DNA from: the human T2T-CHM13v2.0 reference genome, Homo sapiens
Length of the DNA: 64,000 nucleotides
Assembly: GCF_009914755.1 (NCBI RefSeq)
Contig: NC_060941.1
Reading direction: 5' to 3' (one strand)
Shown here: positions 14,967 to 29,379 of the stretch, piece after piece
Numbering within the stretch: position 1 is the first letter of the stretch
Layout: each line of letters starts with the position of its first letter
Notes under the pieces: model-generated
What the model saw: the letters and a program-made list of their open reading frames with translations, nothing else
Database searches by the model: none
Told to the model about the DNA's origin: nothing
Program-made: the position numbers and the translations under genes

Positions 14967-15157
14967 CAGTGGTTCTCAAAGTGTGGTCCCAATCTAGTAA
15001 CATCAACATCACCTCAAGAATTTGTTGAAGGGCAAATAATCGTTGAGCTCCACTCCAGATCTACTGAATCTTAAACTTTGGAAGTAGGGCCCAGCAATCT
15101 TGTCATGAACAAACTCTCTGTATGAATCTGATGCAGGCTCAAGTTTGAAAACCACTG
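14967..15157. mobile_element. MER5A (hAT-Charlie MITE)
   Basis: TIRs cagtggttctcaaagt ... agtttgaaaaccactg; ~190 bp. Confidence 0.85.
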
Positions 15158-15387
15158 ATTTAGAACAAGAAACATAATGTATTTATACTCCCTTATGTTT
15201 CTCTATGAGAAATTATATCAAGAAATAATAGGAAATAACAGTTTCTATTCAATAAAATTCCCCAATAATTTATTTGTGATTTATATTTCTATGCAAATAA
15301 CTCCCAATGCTAAGATTTCTGTAATGCTTGTGCAGATGGCTTTTCTGTATCTGAACCAACTGTATCACAACAACGTCTTCCATTACC

Positions 15388-15395
15388 TATCTATG

Positions 15396-15436
<41 letters not shown>
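15388..15436. repeat. (TATC)n / GATA tetranucleotide STR
   Basis: ctatctatgatctatctatc..., about 10 perfect units. Confidence 0.95.
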
Positions 15437-15847
15437 AGAAAGAGAGGGTTAAATTCTGCTCTTCTGGTATGCATTTTGGATTAGTAAATCATTTTTATTG
15501 ACATGGCAAATAACATGATGACTGATGGACAATAGTGTCCATTTTTAAGCAATGTGAAAATCACTGCAAAAAACAGGTTACTTGCCATTCAAAGACATCA
15601 GTGAAAAGTTTTAGGCAAAGATAATGTGGATCTTAGTATGAACTTATATTTCTCCTTTAAGCAAAACATGAACAGAATTATATCCAGCAATGTCCCATTT
15701 CTTTATGTAGTTAAATGAATTCTCCTTGTTATTGTTTTGCTGCATGATAATTTAAGAAGTTGCCTCTGCTTTCTCTGTCTAAAACTATCATTTTTAAACT
15801 TTATTTTTAGTTGCTGCAACTTTCCTTTAATTATGCATTTTGGAAGC

Positions 15848-16275
15848 TGTAGTGGGTTGAACAGTGTCCCCTAAAATTCATGTCTTCTTGGAGCTTTAGA
15901 ATGTGGCCTTATTTGGAAACAGGGCCTTTGCCAATTAAAGTGAGTTCACACTGGGTAAGTGTGGGTCCTAAATCCAAGACTGGTGTCTTTATAAGAAGAG
16001 TAGAGGACACACAGAGAAGAAGCCCATGCAAAAACAGTGACAGAGATTGGAAAGGTGCAACTAGGAGCCAAAGAAAGCCAAAGATTGCCAGGATCGACCA
16101 GAAGCTAAGAAGAGGCAGGGAAGAATTCTTCCCTACAGCCTTCAGAGGGAGTGTGGGCCCACCAACACCTTGATTTCGGATTCTACAATCCACGACTATG
16201 AGTGAATAAATTTCTGTTGTCTTAAGCCACTAAGTTTGTTGTAATTTGCTATGGCAACCCTAGGAAAACAATACA
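15848..16275 (+). mobile_element. MLT1C-like solo LTR (MaLR)
   Basis: TG...CA ends, aataaatttctgttgtcttaagccac...ggcaaccctaggaaaacaataca; near-TSD gaagc/gatgc. Confidence 0.85.
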
Positions 16276-19200
16276 GATGCTGAAAAAAGGTAATAATAAG
16301 AATAAATTCTACAAAAGAGGAGCTTCTCTGGACTCCGGAGCCAGGTCTAGGAGTCTGAAAGTATCTCCAAGGAACTCTCAGGATTTCTCAGAAAACAACA
16401 GCTCCAGAAAAAGTGGGAACAATGCCCTTGAGCTTTCATTATTTGCTTTCAGCACGTCAGACACTACTTTTCCAAAACCTTAACAAAACACTTTAAAAGA
16501 AAAAATGGTTTTTTCTATTTTTACTTCCAAAGATAGAGTGCTTTCTTTCTCAAATCATTCTTAGCTAAACACCAGTTCCACAAGATTTTAACAGGAAGTC
16601 AATGAGAAGGAGAAAAAAAAGTTTTTAAGATCCCATTTCATGCTAATTCCCTCTCTCAGAGATTCTTATGCACATTGAGGGCCTAAAGGATTCTGAGGAA
16701 GAAGCTAGTTTATCTTTGGCTAACATAGGTTATACACTTTTGGAGAAATATGGAATGAAATTTGGGTAAACTCTGGAGAATGGAAATTAGACTGGAGGTT
16801 AGATGACTACATTTCTAGTGCTAGCTTGGCCACACATGACCACACAACCTATTCTACTCAAAACCTCTGTTTTCTTCTCTAAAGACAAGAGAATACCTTC
16901 TCTCTCCTTGTCACATAATTGTAGAAAGTTCAGCAATCATAGTTACATTGCTTTACTTTATAAAGATGCTTTAATCCACTTACAATACCTAGAATCCAGA
17001 ATATTGATAATATCTATATTACTTATCTAAGAAAGCTGATACAAAATAACTGATTTACATAAAAGCACCTTGGAAAGTAAAAGGAAATATTATATAGATA
17101 GAAAATCAAATTTACTATTTGATTTACTTGATTCTTTTAATTTATTGATACTATGTTGGGAAGTTAAGAGTTTCTGTTTATAGATAATACAATTAAAAAA
17201 TCAATCTATACCTCCATTCCAATTCTGTATAAACGTGATGGCACTGCTGATGATAACATCTTTACCTTGTCAGTAATGTTTATAGAAGTGGGGACTCTTA
17301 CAGTGTTGTTATTTTGTTTGTTTGTTTCTTTGTTTCACATCTTCCAAAGCATAGAAAAATGGGGGTATTTCCATTGTGTTTTAATTTTCATCCCTTTACA
17401 TTTTATACTTTGTATTTTGCTAAGTGTATGTAACAGACTACTGGTTTTTAAGACTAGGAATAATAGCTACATTTCTGTGTTTGGGGAATATTAATGAGCA
17501 CAAAGGGCAAACAAATCACTAGAAATTCTGAAAAACATTGTAAATTCTCCATGTTTACATGTTTAATAAAAATTATATGTTTATATAACAAATCCTATAA
17601 CTTAGGCAGATGTATATACGTATATATACATAAAATATTGTATATGTATGTGCATGTGTGTGTGTGTATATATATGTATATACACACACAATGTTATTCT
17701 AGCCTACCATTGATCTGTGAAAAGAGATTGTTCACCACATCCTTCATATCACATTATAAACTGAACATTAAAGTAAAGGTATCTGACTCATAACAAGTGG
17801 ACTATATTAAAGCAAAGTGATTTCTGCTAAGGATTTGACATACCAATAAATTGATATTCAAACAGATTAAATGTATACACATACACATATTGATCTAAGA
17901 GAATATTTAGTCTAATTATATTTGTTGATTGACAGATATTTCTCCAAAACAAATACAAGTCTCTCTATCTGCTGAAAATGCTAATGCTGATGCTAATTAA
18001 AGCATGCACATGTACATATGTGCACACATACACAACCAAATTATTGAAAAAGTCTAAACTATGTGAAGGAAGTGGTTTTACAAAGAGAAAGATCAATTGC
18101 CTACACAATTCAAATTTTCTAGTGAATTTTTTAATTTGTGGTTTACTTTATTCATTTTGGAGTTACTTTTTACCTGAAAAATGAACTGAATATTTATTGC
18201 AGTTCTATACAGACCAGAGTTTAGAAAAACCCACAATATCCAGTTTCTAATGTTCTTTTTCATAATATATGCAAAGAATGACTTATTACTTGTCACTTAC
18301 AAAAATATACATTGCCTCTAATGTTGGGAATTTCATAAAACTCTATAAAATACTGCATGTCCATATGTGGACAACGTGTAAAATAGACTGGATATTTTGC
18401 CACGGTTTGCAGTATATATTTTGGAGCTCCATGCCAACTTTCCATTCTCTTTACCAAAGAAGTTGTCTAAATTGTTAATGCAGAATATTTTAAACATAGA
18501 ATTTTATCCAAATCTGTTTTCCCTTAATATACTTTTTAAAGGGGAAAAGTTCAGAATATTCCAATCAATTCACGTACTTGATCTAATTTATGCACTGAGG
18601 AAATCAAAACTGTATGTCATTTGACCATTTTACACTTGTTTCTAGTGAGATTACTAATAGGTTTATTATTTAATTTATAATCCAAATTAGAGTAAAGGGA
18701 GAAAATAGGTTATGGAAAACCAGTAATCATTGCAGTACTTGTTTATTAAGAGCCAATTTTGTACACCTGGAAATTGAATTAGAAAGACTCAAAGAAAATA
18801 GAGTCAAATAATTAACCCCTTCCTTCTTATAAGAATAAATGGTAACAAGAGATTGGTAACCTAGAAGTATTTTAAGGAACATGGGCTGCTTTTTGAGGAA
18901 TTGGTTGATGCCATCTTTCCAGAGTTGAATATTGGCCATGCAGAAATGATGGGCTAAAGGCTAAAAACGGATTTCCACCACTAGTTGCCATTCCAAATGA
19001 GATGCTATGTTTCCAAAGAGTCTTCCATGGAAAGAAAAAGCAAGTTAGTGAAAATAAGAATTTCCATGTGTTTATGAAAGAACAACACGTTCTTTCCAGT
19101 AGGACTGGTAAAACTCCCCCTCCTCACCAAATACTATGAACAAAAAAACAATGATCAAAATTGTGATTAAAAAGTTAAAAAAAAAATCAAGAATCACAAC

Positions 19201-19899
19201 CAACACTGTGAACCTTATTGAAAGCTGGAATATCAAGCTTAGCTCTGTCTGAAAATTTAAATAAGCCCAGATTTTTTTTAAGACAACTTAAAAGTTTTGT
19301 GTTTATCTGTATTTTATTTTTGTTTTGTATCCTCTGCCTAAAATAAAAGCAACATTCACATACTTTGGAAACAGCTGACGCTTCTGCACAAGTAGAGACT
19401 GCTATAACTTTAAAATCTCCTAAGAGTGTTTGTGCTGCCCATTCTTAAGGACCCAGGGATTATGGTTATTCTCTCTGGGAACACGAATTCAAATCTTTCC
19501 ATCTTTTTCCATTAGATTTCAGTCTCCCATCATTTCTATTGATTACTTATCACTCTGAATAGGAGAAGAGCATTTAATTACACATCAGTAGAAATGCATG
19601 AGTTATAATTCCACCTCAGTCATCTTTAAATAGCCCAGTTGCTTCCATTAGGTACTTGTAAGACTTTAGGAAAAACAGTTTCCCTGTGGATTTCTTCTTA
19701 ATTCTCCCTCATCTGTAGTCTACCTGGTAGGGCTAGTTGGTCTCTAGGGTTCCCTTCAGTTTCAGTTTCTGATCTAATACATCTTTAAGATGGGAATGAA
19801 CTTTCTAACAAAGCAGGAGTTGTCACCTTCTTTACACCCAAACGAGTGTTTGGGTGCCTTTCTTAAGATTTCAGATGCCACAGAGATAGTTCCTTGAGA

Positions 19900-20150
19900 G
19901 GTGACATAGCTTAATGGTTACAGGAACCAAGTAAGGAGCCAGATTGCTAAGACTGGAATCTTGTCTCTGCTACTTAATAGGTCTGTGACTTTAATTAATT
20001 ACCTTACTTTTCGGTGCCCCCATTTTCTCATTGTAAAATTGGGAGTGTTCACCTCCTAAAGTTATGGTTAGGAATACAGTGTTAACCAACGTATAGTAGT
20101 TAAAGAAGTGCCTCCTGGAAAATAAGTGCTATGTGAGTGTTTCTCAGTTG
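19900..20150 (+). mobile_element. MIR
   Basis: catagcttaatggtta...tctctgctactt...ttttctcattgtaaaattggg. Confidence 0.7.
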
Positions 20151-20869
20151 TAATCATTACCTCTTAATAACAGAAAAGAGGAAGTTGCAGATGGTAAACA
20201 CATTTAATTTTGTTCCTAAAGTGCTGTTCAATTTATGGGAACTTAATATTAAATCATAGGTTAAAAAATAAAGTGTCAGTGATAAAATTATCATAATTTG
20301 TAGATAATAGAGTTATTGGGAAAATTCAAAAGGCTTATACGTGAAGCCATTCCAAACGCTAAAGCAGTTGAAAAAGCAATAGATTTTTTTTTTTTTTTGC
20401 AGAACAATATTAAAGGTTACAAAAATAATGAAAGAAATCTCCTTCACAATGGAAGCAAATACAAAATACCTAGGAATAAATGTAACAAAAATTCATTTAA
20501 CTAATGAAAATAAAATGAACTGAAAAATCAAATAGAAAAATTAAGGGAAAGATATTCGAGTTGTGGGTTGGAAGCCATAATGTTCTCAAGATGTCAGTTC
20601 TTCATATTTTAATATAGGTCAGAGCAGTGCCAATAAATATCCTCACCCACTTAAAATATGTGAATTTTATATGTAAGAACTTCTTCCCAAGTTTTTACAA
20701 CTGACAAAATGATTCTAAAATTTATCTAAAAGACTAAGTAAATGAATAATGCAACAAAGAAATAATTTGAGAGAAATTATCTTATTAAGTAATAAAATAC
20801 TGTATGTTTGGACTCACAATGGGTATTCAGTTTAATGGAAAAGAATGGATAGTCATTAATAATACAACA

Positions 20870-21094
20870 TGGCAGCCAGCCTTCAAGATGGCCCCCACAT
20901 GCTCCTTGTCTCTTGGTGTTTGTTCATGTTCTGGTGTCTTCTCCTCCCACTTGGAATAGTGCTGACCACGTGAAAAATAGGATATTGTTGAAATGACCAT
21001 GTGGCTTCTGGTGTTAGGCCATGAAAAACATTATGGCTTTTGCCACGCTTTCTTCTGCATCACTTGCTATATGCAGTAACAGGTAACTAATATA
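20870..21094 (+). mobile_element. MLT1F-like LTR, internally deleted
   Basis: tggcagccagccttcaagatggccccca start and gcagtaacaggtaactaatata end. Confidence 0.6.
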
Positions 21095-21106
21095 CCCAGG
21101 TATACA

Positions 21107-21436
21107 CAGTCATGCATAACTTAATAACAGGAGAGCATTCTGAGAAATGTGTTGGCAGACAGTTTTGTTGTGTGAAGATCATAGACTGTACTTACACAAA
21201 CCTAGATGATATAGCCTAGTGCACACCAAGGCTATATGATATAGCCTATTGCTCCAAAGCTACAAACCTGTACAGCATGTTACTGTACTGAATACCATAA
21301 GCAATTGCAACACAATGGCAAGTATCTGTGTATCTAAACATAGAAAATGTACAGTAAACATATGACAGTCTTATAGGACCACTGTAGTATATGCAGTCTG
21401 TCGTTCACCAAAATGTCATTATGTAGTACATGACTA
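21107..21436. mobile_element. Tigger3a / MER7A DNA transposon
   Basis: cagtcatgcat...ttctgagaaatgtg...tacttacacaaacctagatg...catgacta TIRs. Confidence 0.85.
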
Positions 21437-22463
21437 TATATAAGGGTTAATAATCATATGGATTGCGCTTCAGTGGGAATAAAGAGGTTATCCATTAATT
21501 TTGTTTCACCAAAGACTAAATTACAGACCTGATATAGATAAAAATGGTAAGGAGAAATATAAAACCACCAAAGTATTTGGGAAAAAAAAGTAGAATTTAT
21601 AATTCTGGACTTCAGAGAGCTTTTATAAGCATTATATCCAAATGGATTTTAAAAAGGAATATACTGATAGACTTTGAATCATAAAATATAAACTAGTAAT
21701 GCATTGAAGAATATAATAAACAAAATGAAAAGAGAAAATGACATCTCTATGGTAGATAGGCCAATCGTATATATACACATAAGTTCATAAATTTTTACAA
21801 AATAGCTAATATAATGCAACATTAAGTGAAAAAGGTAAAACATCAAGACCAATTGAAGTTTATCCCAAGAATGAATGGCTGATTTGCATTTGAAAATATC
21901 CTTTTGAAATTGTGGTTTCAACTCAGGCAAATCATGTAATCTCTTTAAACCTCTTGCCCCTCAGTTCTACAATAAGAATAAAAGGTCCTGAAGGCACCAG
22001 TTCTAGTGTTTTATAGCATCCTAGGATGACTGTAGTTGACAGTAATAGATACCTTTAAATAGCTAGAAGATATTAAATGTTTCCACACAAATGATAAAAA
22101 TTTGAGATGATGGGTATACTAAAAAAAAAAAGAAGAGAAAAAAAATAATTACCCTGATCTGATCACTGTACTTTGTATGTATCAAAACATAACTCTGTAT
22201 GCCATAAATATACACAGTAATTATATGTCAATTGAAAACTTAAAGATCATGGAAGAAAATTCTGATTTCAAACTAGGGAAAACGTTAAAATCTTAAAACA
22301 TGCTACAGGGTATAACCTATATCTTAAGAAATAAAAAGCTTACTAATGAAACTTTAAAAATATTTCCTTTTTAATATGTAACAAAACAAAGATGTTTATC
22401 ATTATCATTTCTATTTGACATTCTAGTTGGGGTTCTAACTAAGGCACTTAAGAAAATAAAAAA

Positions 22464-22810
<347 letters not shown>

Positions 22811-23403
22811 CTATATTAACACATTCTATAATTGGCTATATAAAAGTATAGGAGAAAAAGCATAGGAAAATTATGAAAAGAGACTTAAACAATTTTGTTG
22901 GATCTATAACTGACGAGAGAAATCAAATGCAATTGTATACACCTGAGACAGACAAAAAAATTCAAGATATGTAGTTCAGAGAATCAACAGTTATCTATGT
23001 ATAGATCCTACAAAAGCCCTTTAAGGGGAAATTTGTAAAACTAATATGCAGATATTAAAATAAACCTAAATAAAGGGAGACAATCTCACTGATAGGAAGT
23101 ATCAATATTCTAATGATGTTTATTCTACCCAGTTTCTTCTATAGATTCAGTGCAATTTCAATATAAATATCAGCAGTGTGTGAATTTTTATGGTATGCTA
23201 ACAAGAATAAAATATGATTTTTAGTGTCAGAGAAAATGAACATATAAAACATTCTTTTGACACTGCACTGTTATTTTTAAGAACCAAGATTCTAAGAACA
23301 TAAACAGTATATAGTTGTTACTTTAAAGAAGGTAGGAAATCTTCAGGTTTGCAAACTGCTGCAACATTTCAAAGCAAATATCCATAGGTTTAGCAATAGA
23401 AAT

Positions 23404-23788
23404 TTCATTAGTTTGCTAGGGATGCTATAATAAAGTACCACAAATCAGGTGCCTGAAACAACAAAAATGTATGTCATCACAAATCTGGAGACAAGAAGTC
23501 CAAGAGTAAGGTATCCTTAGGGTTGTTTCTTCTACGTCCCCTCTCCTCAGCTTATAGGCGCCATTTTCCCCTCCCTGTGTCTTCACTTGATCTTCTTTCT
23601 GTGTGTGCTTGTGTCCTGATCTCTTCTTATAAAGACACAAAATATATTGAATTAAGGACTCATATGAACTCATTTTACCTTAATTACTTCTTTAAAGGCC
23701 CTGTTTCCAAATACAGTCACATTAAGAATTACAGGGTTTATGACTTCAACATGTAAATTTGGGAGGGAACACGATTCTGCCAATAACA
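23404..23788 (-). mobile_element. MLT1B-like solo LTR
   Basis: attagtttgctagggatgctataataaagtaccaca...acgattctgccaataaca; perfect 5-bp TSD gaaat. Confidence 0.85.
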
Positions 23789-24158
23789 GAAATTAAATTG
23801 AAAGATTATTGCATTCAGCTGAAAAGAGCACTATTTTTGTTTGAAGCTCCTATGGATCAATTACTAACAAGAAGGACAACTTAATATTTTCCTTTAATCA
23901 AGATAAAGTGATAGAATGCATAAGTAGGAATTTTGAATTATATGCAAATCATGAAGCCACTTTCAGCTTATAAGACTCAACAAATTGTAGGACATCAAAG
24001 GAAATATATTACAAGGCGATTGAATAAATTCACAATAAAATTCACAATTTAAATTAAATTCAAACTTCCATAAAAATGATTTCTCTGAATAGTTAAATTT
24101 TTGAAGGAGGATTTTTCTGGGATAATTTATATTTTGAAATAACTTATTTTAAAAGTAT

Positions 24159-24335
24159 CCTCAAGTTGTCACAGCCTACAAAATACTTCTAACAGCTCCA
24201 GTAATAGTTACACTAGCAGAGAGATTCTTCTCAAAATTAAAAATTTTCAAAAAATATTTGCAAACTTGAATTTTCCAAGAGGAACTAATGCCGCTTTCAA
24301 TCATACCAGTTAAAAATGTAGCTGCTAAAAGTATT
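24159..24335 (+). pseudogene. Degenerate hAT transposase C-terminal dimerisation domain
   Basis: PQVVTAYKILLTAPVIVTLAERFFSKLKIFKKYLQT*IFQEELMPLSIIPVKN matches the ILLTxP..ERxFSKLK..K.YLR..QERL pattern; one in-frame stop. Confidence 0.8.
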
Positions 24336-25033
24336 TACATTTTAAGGAACAAATATTTTTGCAGAAAAGTGAACCAAAAACATTTTCTTATTAAGATACC
24401 ACATTACAAAGTATTATTATTTAGTTTATTATATAAAATTATGACCTCAAAATCACTTTTTTGTAATTCACAAGTTTACATTGTTATGATATACTCATGT
24501 ATCGCTATTATCCCTATTACATTTTGTAAGTTTATATATTTTAAAGAAAAAATTTTCTATTTTAATATCTCCAAGGCATTTTTTCTCTGCTTTTTGATTA
24601 GGGCTCCTACATTTGCATTTTTCATTGGGCCTTGCAAATTATGTAGCTGGTCCTGCCTGGTAGATTTGGGACCATGTCAAGCCAAGAGGGGAGTTACTCT
24701 GGGATTTATCCTTAATGTTCTCTTTACAAGCACATGAGATAATTTAACCTTGGGATGTTGGTAAATTAACATGACAAAGAGATTTATGCTTTCAGAGAAA
24801 TACAAAATAAATCAGGGTGGAGATATTTACAAGTCAGAATGTTTCTATGGACCATACCACTAGTCTAATATAAAATATTACAATCTACACATAAGCAGAA
24901 TGGGACATTTTTTAAGAAGGGAAAAAGAAACAAATTAAAATAAAATATTAAAATCTATATAAAAAATACATCAGTTAGAACAACGAAAAATGTTCAGCCT
25001 GAGAACACGGAAGAAATTGAGTCTTAGAAATAC

Positions 25034-25341
25034 GGCGCGGTGGCTCAGGCCTGTAATCCTAGCACTTTGGGAGGTCGAGGCGGGTGGTTCATGAGGTCAG
25101 GAGATTGAGACCATCCTGGCTAACACAGTGAAACCCCATCTCTACTAAAAATACAAAAAAAAAAAAAAAAAATTAGCCTGGCATGGTAGCGCAGGCCTCT
25201 AGTCCCAGCTACTTTGGAGGCTGAGGCAGGAGAATGGCGTTGATCCCGGGATGCGGAGCTTGCAGTGAGCCTAGATCGCGCCACTGTGCTACAGCTTGGG
25301 CGACAGAGGGAGACTCCTTCTAAAAAAATAAATAAATAAAA
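25034..25341 (+). mobile_element. AluY
   Basis: gagaccatcctggctaacac, gagaatggcgt, gagcttgcagtgagc diagnostics. Confidence 0.93.
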
Positions 25342-26503
25342 AGAAATATACATGAGCAGAGTGCATCCTTGCATGGTGCATTTGAGACAGAGTCTTAAAG
25401 AATTTTATGCCTATTTTGGTTCCATTAAACAAGCTTCTGCTATTTGGTCCTCTAGTTACTAAAAGGCCCTCTGATTACATTTTCCAATGGGATTATATTC
25501 AGGGACATAATATGCTAAGTGCACTTTACAGAATATTCCATTTTATGTGATCATTTGGTAGTTTTTTTTCTTATCAAATGAATAATTTGCCCAGACTGGT
25601 ATGATAGGCTGAATAGTATCTGAGTTTCAAGTAGCTAAACCTAAGGCTCACTTTCATCCTTGAAACTATGTAAACCAAAAGAATTGACATAACATAATGA
25701 GATCAGCTACTATGAAAAGTACAAATTAGGTAAAATTTGTCAGTATTTAACCTCTCCTTGCTTTTGCTATTTTTGGGGGTGGTACGCCTCTCCAGGCATC
25801 CAGTCCTCTCTTGTTAAACAATGGATCATTAAAACCTACCAGTGTGTTTTCTAACTCAGCCTCGGCATTGTCCTTTACTTGAGACCAGCGTTTCCTTGAA
25901 TGACTGTAATTAGAATAAACTTGGAAACTTCCAAATACAGATTTCTAAACTACACCTTCCCTTCTGGACCTCGCAAGTTAGAACCCCCCAGAATTGTTCC
26001 TTTGAACAAATTACCAATTTAAATAGTATCATAAATCGGAACATAGATGGTATAGAGATTTGGACTGTAAGCCACTGCTTTATGTATTTCCTTAATGCTT
26101 TTATCACAGCCTTTTTGGACTACATACTATTTTGCATTCTGCCCTCTTCCAGTTTTAATGTTTATTAAAAGTAATAGTTTAAGTAATGTAGCAGGTAAAT
26201 AATGTATAATGCATACTCTGCAGCTAGCTAATAGTGAAATCACGTTAAAATGAACAAGACCCACTGGGAAACCACTGTGAATTAAAGACTCTCTGTGAGT
26301 GATTAGGGATATATTAGCATGTGGTCCCACCCGTTGAGCCTAAATATGTTTCCTAAAACTCATACAGCTAATCTTATATTAATATAACAATGATGATGAT
26401 CATTATTCTTTTATTGCATATCTTCATTACTTATGGATTAAAAAGTCTTGAAGTAGATACAAAGTTGATAAACTGGAGAATTTGGCAAAAGTTATAAGCG
26501 TTG

Positions 26504-26790
<287 letters not shown>

Positions 26791-27349
26791 AAAAAGTTAT
26801 AAGCCTTGATTGGTCATGAGATCTGTAAGCCCAGGGATGAATTATAAACTGGGAAGGAAAAGCTGCAGACAGGGGAAGTGAGTGGACATAACAGCAAAGA
26901 TTGAAGGAGCAGATTGGTAAGATCATTGCCTCTGGGAAGTTAGTGGGGAAAAAAATGGTCTTATGAAACTACCTTGAAAAAGTTATTACTTTTACTATTT
27001 GGCTTTCTGTGCCATGATCCACTCAGTCCCTGCTGTATATAAATGGTGAAAAATTGCAGTAACTTACAGAGCATCCATGAAATTGAAGTGGCATCCAGTG
27101 ATATCTATCAGCTTTTAAATTCCCAAAGAACCCCACAGTAAATGTGAATATAAACTTCCCAGTGGTCTAATTCTTCTTTAATAACATCCTCCAGTATGTT
27201 ATTTTAGGTTGCCTAACCGAGACAGTGGGGTATAGAGGTTGAAAGGACAGCAAAAAATAGTAAAAATTAGAGTGGAAACAAGTGGGAAAGTATTGTTGGA
27301 ATTATCAGGTCATGTACCTAACCCTTATAACACTGAAGAACTTCAGGTA

Positions 27350-27547
27350 CACACACTGGGGCCTGTTGGGGTGTGGGGTGGGGAAAGGAAGCATTAGGAA
27401 AAATAGCTAATGCATGCTGGACTTAATAACTGGGTGATGGGTCGATAGGTTCAGCAAACCACCATGGCACACATTTACCTGTGTAACAGACCTGCACATC
27501 CTGCACAAGTACCCCAAAACTAAAAATTAAAATTAAAAGAAAGATAA
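27350..27547 (+). mobile_element. L1PA (L1PA8-10-like) 5'-truncated 3' end
   Basis: gcattaggaaaaatagctaatgcatgctgg...gcaaaccaccatggcacac; near-TSD aagaacttcaggta / aagaacccaggta. Confidence 0.88.
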
Positions 27548-27897
27548 AAGAACCCAGGTAGTGATTTTTGGTTTTAGCACCATCATTTGACATACTTATA
27601 CAATGAAAATCCAATGAATACCTCACTCTCTGTTTCCCAGGAATCTTCATGAGGAAGGTTACTCCACCAGCACTTAGGTCCCTGATTTATAAAGATACTA
27701 TCAATTATGTTCCCACCCTTTCAAGATGGGTGCTCAGAAAGAAATTTCATGCCACGTGGTTATAGCACCACACTCTGTTGCTTTGTTCCGGGATTTAGTA
27801 TGATCCCTCTTTATTCATTGCTCTGAACCAGACCAGGTGTCATATTAAGGACCTTAGATATACTGCAGGAATCTCTCTCTGTCTTGCTCTCTTTCTC

Positions 27898-27901
<4 letters not shown>

Positions 27902-27936
<35 letters not shown>
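27902..27936. repeat. (CA)n microsatellite
   Basis: About 17 CA units. Confidence 0.95.
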
Positions 27937-27938
<2 letters not shown>

Positions 27939-28747
27939 TCAAAACTGAGATATTCCAAGATGAACACTAATAAGTAATAGAGACATGATGCAAAGATACC
28001 TTAAGTGGAAGGGGATTTAAAAATGAGAGGATCAAAGAGGCAAGTGCATAAAAGAACTGGGTAGAGAGATAGCAGGGGAGTGCAGGAGTAGTCCTGCCAC
28101 CAGACGTTGTTTCAGCAGCTGGATTTCACACATCCTTCTTTATGACATTACAGGACAGTTCAATGCCCAATGTGAAAAAAGTCTAAGATCATTTTCCAAT
28201 CTAGCCTTATTGGTTCCCATATGTACTACATCCATCTTCAACATCCAACATATTATTTTCTGAAGAGTCTAGGAAAATGATTGTCCAGAGGATGGATGGA
28301 AAGAAAATTTGTTCTCCTATCTTTATAGTTCTCAGAATTACTATTTATTTCAAAGATTGATCATCTGTGTTTTGAGACTGCTGTTTACCAATGACAAACA
28401 AATGTATTTTCCCCATTTTTCCTAACTGCAATTGTTTAAACAAGCATATCATTTCCTTGTATATGTTGTGTGTCTTTAGTTAGTTTTGTAATAAACTTCC
28501 TGAATCACAGTGATAACATGACTCATGACAAGACAGTGTGTCTTTTATTGTGTTGGGGAATTTTAAAGTTAGAAAAATCAATCATTGCTGAAATAAAGAG
28601 ACATTAATAGAAACTAGGACTTTATGTCTTTATAATGCTTTGGTAGTAACAGATCACAAATTAAAATGTATAAATATCATTCTACCTTTTAAAGGTCTAA
28701 AACAAAGGAAGCCTGATACAATTTTGGAAGTCTTTCTGAAAGTGTAC

Positions 28748-29059
<312 letters not shown>

Positions 29060-29279
29060 TGAAGTATAAGTACCTTTTAGAAATAAATGCAAATACATCT
29101 TATTTCTTGGGATTCTGTATAATGCCAAACTAATATACACAACATAGACTCCTTTCAGGCCAATTTATGATATAAAATATTTTAGAATTCTTCAGGATTT
29201 GAATGAAAAAGAATGAAGTGGAACTATCTAAGACAGAAAATTTTTTAAAAAAATCAAAGTTTGGGTAATGTTTAGAGAC

Positions 29280-29281
<2 letters not shown>

Positions 29282-29323
<42 letters not shown>
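29282..29323. repeat. (TG)n microsatellite
   Basis: About 21 GT units. Confidence 0.95.
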
Positions 29324-29324
<1 letters not shown>

Positions 29325-29379
29325 TTCCACTTTAATCAGTCTCTATGCATTTTGCTTCCAGGACAGGAATCCAAACTCC

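Larger units (their letters stand above)
23260..24655 (+). mobile_element. MER45-family hAT-Tip100 element (MER45R-like) with transposase relic
   Basis: Terminus gggccttgcaaattatgtagctggtcctg; 24159-24330 translates to a hAT dimerisation-domain motif. Left boundary uncertain; interrupted by an MLT1 LTR. Confidence 0.7.

Noticed and set aside
24288-24737. 149-aa ORF
   Set aside because: Only the first few residues derive from a decayed hAT transposase; the rest is AT-rich read-through.
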